Of a stretch of 64,000 bases of DNA, positions 12,321 to 25,518 are shown one piece after another (positions within the stretch are counted from its first letter, which is position 1; every line of letters begins with the position of its first letter). The notes below the pieces were generated by a model, which saw nothing but the letters and a program-made list of their open reading frames with translations, was not told where the DNA came from and made no database searches. Location of the stretch: positions 21,514,001 through 21,578,000 of the forward strand of contig OZ059897.1 of the NCBI GenBank assembly GCA_964057225.1, written 5' to 3'. The position numbers and the translations under genes are program-made. The stretch comes from Auanema rhodensis. Its lineage: Eukaryota; Animalia; Nematoda.

Positions 12321-15300
12321 GATGTGCACTTGGTATGTAACTCGCTTCACGTAAAAAATAAAGAGATGCGGTTTTCAAAATTAGATTCCCCATGTCCATA
12401 TTAGTCTAAAAACAAATTTTTATTGATATTGGTTCATGGTAACCATGACTTTGAAATTTACGTGAACTTTAATTTATGCTAATTAAATGTACACGTGATG
12501 TGCACTTGGTATGTAACTCGCTTCACGTGAAAGATAAAGAGATGCGGTTTTCAAAATTAGATTCCCCATGTCCATATTAGTCTAAAAACAAATTTTTATT
12601 GATATTGGTGCATGGTAACCATGACTTTGAAATTTACGTGAACTTTAATTTATGCTAATTAAATGTACACGTGATGTGCACTTGGTATGGAACTCGCTTC
12701 ACGTGAAAGATAAAGAGATGCGGTTTTCAAAATTAGATTCCCCATGTCCATATTAGTTCAAAAACAAATTTTTATTGATTTTGGTTCATGGTAACCATGA
12801 CTTTGAAATTTACGTGAACTTTAATTTATGCTAATTAAATGTACACGTGATGTGCACTTGGTATGTAACTCGCTTCACGTGAAAGATAAAGAGATTCGGT
12901 TTTCAAAATTAGATTCCCCATGTCCATATTAGTCTAAAAACAAATTTTTATTGATATTGGTGCATGGTAACCATGACTTTGAAATTTACGTGAACTTTAA
13001 TTTATGCTAATTAAATGTACACGTGATGTGCACTTGGTATGGAACTCGCTTCACGTGAAAGATAAAGAGATGCGGTTTTCAAAATTAGATTCCCCATGTC
13101 CATATTAGTCTAAAAACAAATTTTTATTGATTTTGGTTCATGGTAACCATGACTTTGAAATTTACGTGAACTTTAATTTATGCTAATTAAATGTACACGT
13201 GATGTGCACTTGGTATGTAACTCGCTTCACGTGAAAGATAAAGAGATTCGGTTTTCAAAATTAGATTCCCCATGTCCATATTAGTCTAAAAACAAATTTT
13301 TATTGATATTGGTGCATGGTAACCATGACTTTGAAATTTACGTGAACTTTAATTTATGCTAATTAAATGTACACGTGATGTGCACTTGGTATGTAACTCG
13401 CTTCACGTGAAAGATAAAGAGATGCGGTTTTCAAAATTAGATTCCCCATGTCCATATTAGTCTAAAAACAAATTTTTATTGATATTGGTGCATGGTAACC
13501 ATGACTTTGAAATTTACGTGAACTTTAATTTATGCTAATTAAATGTACACGTGATGTGCACTTGGTATGTAACTCGCTTCACGTGAAAGATAAAGAGATG
13601 CGGTTTTCAAAATTAGATTCCCCATGTCCATATTAGTCTAAAAACAAATTTTTATTGATATTGGTGCATGGTAACCATGACTTTGAAATTTACGTGAACT
13701 TTAATTTATGCTAATTAAATGTACACGTGATGTGCACTTGGTATGGAACTCGCTTCACGTGAAAGATAAAGAGATGCGGTTTTCAAAATTAGATTTCCCA
13801 TGTCCATATTAGTCTAAAAACAAATTTTTATTGATTTTGGTTCATGGTAACCATGACTTTGAAATTTACGTGAACTTTAATTTATGCTAATTAAATGTAC
13901 ACGTGATGTGCACTTGGTATGTAACTCGCTTCACGTGAAAGATAAAGAGATTCGGTTTTCAAAATTAGATTCCCCATGTCCATATTAGTCTAAAAACAAA
14001 TTTTTATTGATATTGGTGCATAGTAACCATGACTTTGAAATTTACGTGAACTTTAATTTATGCTAATTAAATGTACACGTGATGTGCACTTGGTATGTAA
14101 CTCGCTTCACGTGAAAGATGAAGAGGTGCGGTTTTCAAAATTAGATTCCCCATGTCCATATTAGTCTAAAAACAAATTTTTATTGATATTGGTGCATGGT
14201 AACCATGACTTTGAAATTTACGTGAACTTTAATTTATGCTAATTAAATGTACACGTGATGTGCACTTGGTATGTAACTCGCTTCACGTGAAAGATAAAGA
14301 GATGCGGTTTTTAAAATTAGATTCCCCATGTCCATATTAGTCTAAAAACAAATTTTTATTGATATTGGTGCATGGTAACCATGACTTTGAAATTTACGTG
14401 AACTTTAATTTATGCTAATTAAATGTACACGTGATGTGCACTTGGTATGTAACTCGCTTCACGTAAAAAATAAAGAGATGCGGTTTTCAAAATTAGATTC
14501 CCCATGTCCATATTAGTCTAAAAACAAATTTTTATTGATATTGGTTCATGGTAACCATGACTTTGAAATTTACGTGAACTTTAATTTATGCTAATTAAAT
14601 GTACACGTGATGTGCACTTGGTATGTAACTCGCTTCACGTGAAAGATAAAGAGATGCGGTTTTCAAAATTAGATTCCCCATGTCCATATTAGTCTAAAAA
14701 CAAATTTTTATTGATATTGGTGCATGGTAACCATGACTTTGAAATTTACGTGAACTTTAATTTATGCTAATTAAATGTACACGTGATGTGCACTTGGTAT
14801 GGAACTCGCTTCACGTGAAAGATAAAGAGATGCGGTTTTCAAAATTAGATTCCCCATGTCCATATTAGTTCAAAAACAAATTTTTATTGATTTTGGTTCA
14901 TGGTAACCATGACTTTGAAATTTACGTGAACTTTAATTTATGCTAATTAAATGTACACGTGATGTGCACTTGGTATGTAACTCGCTTCACGTGAAAGATA
15001 AAGAGATTCGGTTTTCAAAATTAGATTCCCCATGTCCATATTAGTCTAAAAACAAATTTTTATTGATATTGGTGCATGGTAACCATGACTTTGAAATTTA
15101 CGTGAACTTTAATTTATGCTAATTAAATGTACACGTGATGTGCACTTGGTATGGAACTCGCTTCACGTGAAAGATAAAGAGATGCGGTTTTCAAAATTAG
15201 ATTCCCCATGTCCATATTAGTCTAAAAACAAATTTTTATTGATTTTGGTTCATGGTAACCATGACTTTGAAATTTACGTGAACTTTAATTTATGCTAATT

Positions 15301-16368
15301 AAATGTACACGTGATGTGCACTTGGTATGTAACTCGCTTCACGTGAAAGATAAAGAGATTCGGTTTTCAAAATTAGATTCCCCATGTCCATATTAGTCTA
15401 AAAACAAATTTTTATTGATATTGGTGCATGGTAACCATGACTTTGAAATTTACGTGAACTTTAATTTATGCTAATTAAATGTACACGTGATGTGCACTTG
15501 GTATGTAACTCGCTTCACGTGAAAGATAAAGAGATGCGGTTTTCAAAATTAGATTCCCCATGTCCATATTAGTCTAAAAACAAATTTTTATTGATATTGG
15601 TGCATGGTAACCATGACTTTGAAATTTACGTGAACTTTAATTTATGCTAATTAAATGTACACGTGATGTGCACTTGGTATGGAACTCGCTTCACGTGAAA
15701 GATAAAGAGATGCGGTTTTCAAAATTAGATTCCCCATGTCCATATTAGTCTAAAAACAAATTTTTATTGATTTTGGTTCATGGTAACCATGACTTTGAAA
15801 TTTACGTGAACTTTAATTTATGCTAATTAAATGTACACGTGATGTGCACTTGGTATGTAACTCGCTTCACGTGAAAGATAAAGAGATTCGGTTTTCAAAA
15901 TTAGATTCCCCATGTCCATATTAGTCTAAAAACAAATTTTTATTGATATTGGTGCATAGTAACCATGACTTTGAAATTTACGTGAACTTTAATTTATGCT
16001 AATTAAATGTACACGTGATGTGCACTTGGTATGTAACTCGCTTCACGTGAAAGATGAAGAGGTGCGGTTTTCAAAATTAGATTCCCCATGTCCATATTAG
16101 TCTAAAAACAAATTTTTATTGATATTGGTGCATGGTAACCATGACTTTGAAATTTACGTGAACTTTAATTTATGCTAATTAAATGTACACGTGATGTGCA
16201 CTTGGTATGTAACTCGCTTCACGTGAAAGATAAAGAGATGCGGTTTTTAAAATTAGATTCCCCATGTCCATATTAGTCTAAAAACAAATTTTTATTGATA
16301 TTGGTGCATGGTAACCATGACTTTGAAATTTACGTGAACTTTAATTTATGCTAATTAAATGTACACGT
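12321..16368 (+). repeat. Tandem duplication of a 12-mer (12321-14432) and an 11-mer (14433-16368)
   Basis: Both copies end in the same ordered markers CATAGTAAC, GATGAAGAGGTG and GGTTTTTAAAA (~14020/14120/14310 and ~15956/16055/16246). The second copy lacks one consensus-type monomer. Confidence 0.8.
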
Positions 16369-19300
16369 GATGTGCACTTGGTATGTAACTCGCTTCACGT
16401 GAAAGATGAAGAGATGCGGTTTTCAAAATTAGATTCCCCATGTCCATATTAGTCTAAAAACAAATTTTTATTGATATTGGTTCATGGTAACCATGACTTT
16501 GAAATTTACGTGAACTTTAATTTATGCTAATTAAATGTACACGTGATGTGCACTTGGTATGTAACTCGCTTCACGTGAAAGATAAAGAGAATCGGTTTTC
16601 AAAATTAGATTCCCCATGTCCATATTAGTCTAAAAACAAATTTTTATTGATATTGGTGCATGGTAACCATGACTTTGAAATTTACGTGAACTTTAATTTA
16701 TGCTAATTAAATGTACACGTGATGTGCACTTGGTATGTAACTCGCTTCACGGGAAAGATAAAGAGATGCGGTTTTCAAAATTATATTCCCCATGTCCATA
16801 TTAGTCTAAAAACAAATTTTTATTGATATTGGTGCATGGTAACCATGACTTTGAAATTTACGTGAACTTTAATTTGTGCTAATTAAATGTACACGTGATG
16901 TGCACTTGGTATGTAACTCACTTCACGTGAAAGATAAAGAGATTCGGTTTTCAAAATTAGATTCCCCATGTCCATATTAGTCTAAAAACAACTTTTTTTG
17001 ATATTGGTGCATGGTAACCAAGACTTTGAAATTTACGTGAACTTTAATTTATGCTAATTAAATGTACACGTGATGTGCACTTAGTATGTAACTCGCTCCA
17101 CGTGAAAGATAAAGAGATGCGGTTTTCAAAATTAGATTCCCCATGTCCATATTAGTCTAAAAACAAATTTTTATTGATATTGGTTCATGGTAACCATGAC
17201 TTTGAAATTTACGTGAACTTTAATTTATGCTAATTAAATGTACACGTGATGTGCACTTGGTATGTAACTCGCTTCACGTGAAAGATAAAGAGATGCGGTT
17301 TTCAAAATTATATTCCCCATGTCCATATTAGTCTAAAAACAAATTTTTATTGATATTGGTGCATGGTAACCATGACTTTGAAATTTACGTGAACTTTAAT
17401 TTATGCTAATTAAATGTACACGTGATGTGCACTTGGTATATAACTCGCTTCACGTGAAAGATAAAGAGATTCGGTTTTCAAAATTAGATTCCCCATGTCC
17501 ATATTAGTCTAAAAACAAATTTTTATTGATATTGGTGCATGGTAACCATGACTTTGAAATTTACGTGAACTTTAATTTATGCTAATTAAATGTACACGTG
17601 ATGTGCACTTGGTATGTAACTCGCTTCACGTGAAAGATGAAGAGGTGCGGTTTTCAAAATTAGATTCCCCATGTCCATATTAGTCTAAAAACAAATTTTT
17701 ATTGATATTGGTTCATGGTAACCATGACTTTGAAATTTACGTGAACTTTAATTTATGCTAATTAAATGTACACGTGATGTGCACTTGGTATGTAACTCGC
17801 TTCACGTGAAAGATAAAGAGATGCGGTTTTCAAAATTATATTCCCCATGTCCATATTAGTCTAAAAACAAATTTTTATTGATATTGGTGCATGGTAACCA
17901 TGACTTTGAAATTTACGTGAACTTTAATTTATGCTAATTAAATGTACACGTGATGTGCACTTGGTATGTAACTCGCTTCACGTGAAAGATGAAGAGGTGC
18001 GGTTTTCAAAATTAGATTCCCTATGTCCATATTAGTCTAAAAACAAATTTTTATTGATATTGGTTCATGGTAACCATGACTTTGAAATTTACGTGAACTT
18101 TAATTTATGCTAATTAAATGTACACGTGATGTGCACTTGGTATGTAACTCGCTTCACGTGAAAGATAAAGAGATTCGGTTTTCAAAATTAGATTCCCCAT
18201 GTCCATATTAGTCTAAAAACAAATTTTTATTGATATTGGTGCATGGTAACCATGACTTTGAAATTTACGTGAACTTTAATTTATGCTAATTAAATGTACA
18301 CGTGATGTGCACTTGGTATGTAACTCGCTTCACGTGAAAGATAAAGAGATGCTGTTTTCAAAATTAGATTCCCCATGTCCATATTATTCTAAAAACAAAT
18401 TTTTATTGATATTGGTTCATGGTAACCATGACTTTGAAATTTACGTGAACTTTAATTTATGCTAATTAAATGTACACGTGATGTGCACTTGGTATGTAAC
18501 TCGCTTCACGTGAAAAATAAAGAGATGCGGTTTTCAAAATTAGATTCCCCATGTCCATATTAGTCTAAAAACAAATTTTTATTGATATTGGTTCATGGTA
18601 ACCATGACTTTGAAATTTACGTGAACTTTAATTTATGCTAATTAAATGTACACGTGATGTGCACTTGGTATGTAACTCGCTTCACGTGAAAGATAAAGAG
18701 ATTCGGTTTTCAAAATTAGATTCCCCATGTCCATATTAGTCTAAAAACAAATTTTTATTGATATTGGTGCATGGTAACCATGACTTTGAAATTTACGTGA
18801 ACTTTAATTTATGCTAATTAAATGTACACGTGATGTGCACTTGGTATGTAACTCGCTTCACGTGAAAGATAAAGAGATGCGGTTTTCAAAATTATATTCC
18901 CCATGTCCATATTAGTCTAACAACAAATTTTTATTGATATTGGTGCATGGTAACCATGACTTTGAAATTTACGTGAACTTTAATTTGTGCTAATTAAATG
19001 TACACGTGATGTGCACTTGGTATGTAACTCGCTTCACGTGAAAGATAAAGAGATTCGGTTTTCAAAATTAGATAACCCATGTCCATATTAGTCTAAAAAC
19101 AAATTTTTATTGATATTGGTGCATGGTAACCATGACTTTGAAATTTACGTGAACTTTAATTTATGCTAATTAAATGTACACGTGATGTGCACTTGGTATG
19201 TAACTCGCTTCACGTGAAAGATAAAGAGATGCGGTTTTCAAAATTATATTCCCCATGTCCATATTAGTCTAAAAACAAATTTTTATTGATATTGGTGCAT

Positions 19301-19710
19301 GGTAACCATGACTTTGAAATTTACGTGAACTTTAATTTGTGCTAATTAAATGTACACGTGATGTGCACTTGGTATGTAACTCGCTTCACGTGAAAGATAA
19401 AGAGATTCGGTTTTCAAAATTAGATTCCCCATGTCCATATTAGTCTAAAAACAAATTTTTTTGATATTGGTGCATGGTAACCAAGACTTTGAAATTTACG
19501 TGAACTTTAATTTATGCTAATTAAATGTACACGTGATGTGCACTTGGTATGTAACTCGCTTCACGTGAAAGATGAAGAGATGCGGTTTTCAAAATTAGAT
19601 TCCCCATGTCCATATTAGTCTAAAAACAAATTTTTATTGATATTGGTGCATGGTAACCATGACTTTGAAATTTACGTGAACTTTAATTTATGCTAATTAA
19701 ATGTACACGT

Positions 19711-22700
19711 GATGTGCACTTGGTATGTAACTCGCTTCACGTGAAAGATAAAGAGATGCGGTTTTCAAAATTAGATTCCCCATGTCCATATTATTCTAAA
19801 AACAAATTTTTATTGATATTGGTGCATGGTAACCATGACTTTGAAATTTACGTGAACTTTAATTTATGCTAATTAAATGTACACGTGATGTGCACTTGGT
19901 ATGTAACTCGCTTCACGTGAAAGATGAAGAGGTGCGGTTTTCAAAATTAGATTCCCCATGTCCATATTAGTCTAAAAACAAATTTTTATTGATATTGGTT
20001 CATGGTAACCATGACTTTGAAATTTACGTGAACTTTAATTTATGCTAATTAAATGTACACGTGATGTGCACTTGGTATGTAACTCGCTTCACGTGAAAGA
20101 TAAAGAGATTCGGTTTTCAAAATTAGATTCCCCATGTCCATATTAGTCTAAAAACAAATTTTTATTGATATTGGTTCATGGTAACCATGACTTTGAAATT
20201 TACGTGAACTTTAATTTATGCTAATTAAATGTACACGTGATGTGCACTTGGTATGTAACTCGCTTCACGTGAAAGATAAAGAGATGCGGTTTTCAAAATT
20301 ATATTCCCCATGTCCATATTAGTCTAAAAACAAATTTTTATTGATATTGGTGCATGGTAACCATGACTTTGAAATTTACGTGAACTTTAATTTATGCTAA
20401 TTAAATGTACACGTGATGTGCACTTGGTATATAACTCGCTTCACGTGAAAGATAAAGAGATTCGGTTTTCAAAATTAGATTCCCCATGTCCATATTAGTC
20501 TAAAAACAAATTTTTATTGATATTGGTGCATGGTAACCATGACTTTGAAATTTACGTGAACTTTAATTTATGCTAATTAAATGTACACGTGATGTGCACT
20601 TGGTATGTAACTCGCTTCACGTGAAAGATGAAGAGGTGCGGTTTTCAAAATTAGATTCCCCATGTCCATATTAGTCTAAAAATAAATTTTTATTGATATT
20701 GGTTCATGGTAACCATGACTTTGAAATTTACGTGAACTTTAATTCATGCTAATTAAATGTACACGTGATGTGCACTTGGTATGTAACTCGCTTCACGTGA
20801 AAGATAAAGAGATTCGGTTTTCAAAATTAGATTCCCCATGTCCATATTAGTCTAAAAACAAATTTTTATTGATATTGGTGCATGGTAACCATGACTTTGA
20901 AATTTACGTGAACTTTAATTTATGCTAATTAAATGTACACGTGATGTGCACTTGGTATGTAACTCGCTTCACGTGAAAGATAAAGAGATGCTGTTTTCAA
21001 AATTAGATTCCCCATGTCCATATTATTCTAAAAACAAATTTTTATTGATATTGGTTCATGGTAACCATGACTTTGAAATTTACGTGAACTTTAATTTATG
21101 CTAATTAAATGTACACGTGATGTGCACTTGGTATGTAACTCGCTTCACGTGAAAGATAAAGAGATGCGGTTTTCAAAATTAGATTCCCCATGTCCATATT
21201 AGTCTAAAAACAAATTTTTATTGATATTGGTGCATGGTAACCATGACTTTGAAATTTACGTGAACTTTAATTTATGCTAATTAAATGTACACGTGATGTG
21301 CACTTGGTATGTAACTCGCTTCACGTGAAAGATGAAGAGGTGCGGTTTTCAAAATTAGATTCCCCATGTCCATATTAGTCTAAAAACAAATTTTTATTGA
21401 TATTGGTTCATGGTAACCATGACTTTGAAATTTACGTGAACTTTAATTTATGCTAATTAAATGTACACGTGATGTGCACTTGGTATGTAACTCGCTTCAC
21501 GTGAAAGATAAAGAGATTCGGTTTTCAAAATTAGATTCCCCATGTCCATATTAGTCTAAAAACAAATTTTTATTGATATTGGTTCATGGTAACCATGACT
21601 TTGAAATTTACGTGAACTTTAATTTATGCTAATTAAATGTACACGTGATGTGCACTTGGTATGTAACTCGCTTCACGTGAAAGATAAAGAGATTCGGTTT
21701 TCAAAATTAGATTCCCCATGTCCATATTAGTCTAAAAACAAATTTTTATTGATATTGGTTCATGGTAACCATGACTTTGAAATTTACGTGAACTTTAATT
21801 TATGCTAATTAAATGTACACGTGATGTGCACTTGGTATGTAACTCGCTTCACGTGAAAGATAAAGAGATGCGGTTTTCAAAATTATATTCCCCATGTCCA
21901 TATTAGTCTAAAAACAAATTTTTATTGATATTGGTGCATGGTAACCATGACTTTGAAATTTACGTGAACTTTAATTTATGCTAATTAAATGTACACGTGA
22001 TGTGCACTTGGTATATAACTCGCTTCACGTGAAAGATAAAGAGATTCGGTTTTCAAAATTAGATTCCCCATGTCCATATTAGTCTAAAAACAAATTTTTA
22101 TTGATATTGGTGCATGGTAACCATGACTTTGAAATTTACGTGAACTTTAATTTATGCTAATTAAATGTACACGTGATGTGCACTTGGTATGTAACTCGCT
22201 TCACGTGAAAGATGAAGAGGTGCGGTTTTCAAAATTAGATTCCCCATGTCCATATTAGTCTAAAAACAAATTTTTATTGATATTGGTTCATGGTAACCAT
22301 GACTTTGAAATTTACGTGAACTTTAATTCATGCTAATTAAATGTACACGTGATGTGCACTTGGTATGTAACTCGCTTCACGTGAAAGATAAAGAGATTCG
22401 GTTTTCAAAATTAGATTCCCCATGTCCATATTAGTCTAAAAACAAATTTTTATTGATATTGGTGCATGGTAACCATGACTTTGAAATTTACGTGAACTTT
22501 AATTTATGCTAATTAAATGTACACGTGATGTGCACTTGGTATGTAACTCGCTTCACGTGAAAGATAAAGAGATGCTGTTTTCAAAATTAGATTCCCCATG
22601 TCCATATTATTCTAAAAACAAATTTTTATTGATATTGGTTCATGGTAACCATGACTTTGAAATTTACGTGAACTTTAATTTATGCTAATTAAATGTACAC

Positions 22701-24110
22701 GTGATGTGCACTTGGTATGTAACTCGCTTCACGTGAAAGATAAAGAGATGCGGTTTTCAAAATTAGATTCCCCATGTCCATATTAGTCTAAAAACAAATT
22801 TTTATTGATATTGGTGCATGGTAACCATGACTTTGAAATTTACGTGAACTTTAATTTATGCTAATTAAATGTACACGTGATGTGCACTTGGTATGTAACT
22901 CGCTTCACGTGAAAGATGAAGAGGTGCGGTTTTCAAAATTAGATTCCCCATGTCCATATTAGTCTAAAAACAAATTTTTATTGATATTGGTTCATGGTAA
23001 CCATGACTTTGAAATTTACGTGAACTTTAATTTATGCTAATTAAATGTACACGTGATGTGCACTTGGTATGTAACTCGCTTCACGTGAAAGATAAAGAGA
23101 TTCGGTTTTCAAAATTAGATTCCCCATGTCCATATTAGTCTAAAAACAAATTTTTATTGATATTGGTTCATGGTAACCATGACTTTGAAATTTACGTGAA
23201 CTTTAATTTATGCTAATTAAATGTACACGTGATGTGCACTTGGTATGTAACTCGTTTCACGTGAAAGATAAAGAGATGCGGTTTTCAAAATTATATTCCC
23301 CATGTCCATATTAGTCTAAAAACAAATTTTTATTGATATTGGTGCATGGTAACCATGACTTTGAAATTTACGTGAACTTTAATTTATGCTAATTAAATGT
23401 ACACGTGATGTGCACTTGGTATATAACTCGCTTCACGTGAAAGATAAAGAGATTCGGTTTTCAAAATTAGATTCCCCATGTCCATATTAGTCTAAAAACA
23501 AATTTTTATTGATATTGGTGCATGGTAACCATGACTTTGAAATTTACGTGAACTTTAATTTATGCTAATTAAATGTACACGTGATGTGCACTTGGTATGT
23601 AACTCGCTTCACGTGAAAGATGAAGAGGTGCGGTTTTCAAAATTAGATTCCCCATGTCCATATTAGTCTAAAAACAAATTTTTATTGATATTGGTTCATG
23701 GTAACCATGACTTTGAAATTTACGTGAACTTTAATTCATGCTAATTAAATGTACACGTGATGTGCACTTGGTATGTAACTCGCTTCACGTGAAAGATAAA
23801 GAGATTCGGTTTTCAAAATTAGATTCCCCATGTCCATATTAGTCTAAAAACAAATTTTTATTGATATTGGTGCATGGTAACCATGACTTTGAAATTTACG
23901 TGAACTTTAATTTATGCTAATTAAATGTACACGTGATGTGCACTTGGTATGTAACTCGCTTCACGTGAAAGATAAAGAGATGCTGTTTTCAAAATTAGAT
24001 TCCCCATGTCCATATTATTCTAAAAACAAATTTTTATTGATATTGGTTCATGGTAACCATGACTTTGAAATTTACGTGAACTTTAATTTATGCTAATTAA
24101 ATGTACACGT
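19711..24110 (+). repeat. 8-monomer HOR, about three copies (one expanded to 9 monomers)
   Basis: GGTATATAAC at ~20430, 22015 and 23423; AATTCATG at ~20744, 22328 and 23736; the TAG-less monomer at 20943, 22527 and 23935. Spacings are 1584 (9x176) and 1408 (8x176). Confidence 0.85.
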
Positions 24111-25518
24111 GATGTGCACTTGGTATGTAACTCGCTTCACGTGAAAAATAAAGAGATGCGGTTTTCAAAATTAGATTCCCCATGTCCATATTAGTCTAAC
24201 AACAAATTTTTATTGATATTGGTGCATGGTAACCATGACTTTGAAATTTACGTGAACTTTAATTTGTGCTAATTAAATGTACACGTGATGTGCACTTGGT
24301 ATGTAACTCGCTTCACGTGAAAGATAAAGAGATTCGGTTTTCAAAATTAGATAACCCATGTCCATATTAGTCTAAAAACAAATTTTTATTGATATTGGTG
24401 CATGGTAACCATGACTTTGATATTTACGTGAACTTTAATTTATGCTAATTAAATGTACACGTGATGTGCACTTGGTATGTAACTCGCTTCACGTGAAACA
24501 TAAAGAGATGCGGTTTTCAAAATTATATTCCCCATGTCCATATTAGTCTAAAAACAAATTTTTATTGATATTGGTGCATGGTAACCATGACTTTGAAATT
24601 TACGTGAACTTTAATTTGTGCTAATTAAATGTACACGTGATGTGCACTTGGTATGTAACTCGCTTCACGTGAAAGATAAAGAGATTCGGTTTTCAAAATT
24701 AGATTCCCCATGTCCATATTAGTCTAAAAACAAATTTTTATTGATATTGGTGCATGGTAACCATGACTTTGAAATTTACGTGAACTTTAATTTATGCTAA
24801 TTAAATGTACACGTGATGTGCACTTGGTATGTAACTCGCTTCACGTGAAAGATAAAGAGATGCTGTTTTCAAAATTAGATTCCCCATGTCCATATTATTC
24901 TAAAAACAAATTTTTATTGATATTGGTTCATGGTAACCATGACTTTGAAATTTACGTGAACTTTAATTTATGCTAATTAAATGTACACGTGATGTGCACT
25001 TGGTATGTAACTCGCTTCACGTGAAAAATAAAGAGATGCGGTTTTCAAAATTAGATTCCCCATGTCCATATTAGTCTAACAACAAATTTTTATTGATATT
25101 GGTGCATGGTAACCATGACTTTGAAATTTACGTGAACTTTAATTTGTGCTAATTAAATGTACACGTGATGTGCACTTGGTATGTAACTCGCTTCACGTGA
25201 AAGATAAAGAGATTCGGTTTTCAAAATTAGATAACCCATGTCCATATTAGTCTAAAAACAAATTTTTATTGATATTGGTGCATGGTAACCATGACTTTGA
25301 TATTTACGTGAACTTTAATTTATGCTAATTAAATGTACACGTGATGTGCACTTGGTATGTAACTCGCTTCACGTGAAAGATAAAGAGATGCGGTTTTCAA
25401 AATTATATTCCCCATGTCCATATTAGTCTAAAAACAAATTTTTATTGATATTGGTGCATGGTAACCATGACTTTGAAATTTACGTGAACTTTAATTTGTG
25501 CTAATTAAATGTACACGT
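23759..25518 (+). repeat. 5-monomer (880-bp) tandem duplication
   Basis: The TAG-less monomer, GAAAAATA with CTAACAAC, GATAACCC with TTGATATTTAC, and TTATATTCC all recur at +880 bp (for example ORF starts 23914 and 24794). Confidence 0.85.

Larger units (their letters stand above)
1..16368 (+). repeat. Sub-domain 1 (monomers 1-93), built on a 352-bp A-B dimer, no indels
   Basis: Type A monomers (TATGGAAC at position 18, GATTTTGG at position 108, T114) occur 27 times, the last at 15665, and never again in the window. Each is followed by a type B monomer (GATTCGG at position 48). Confidence 0.9.
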
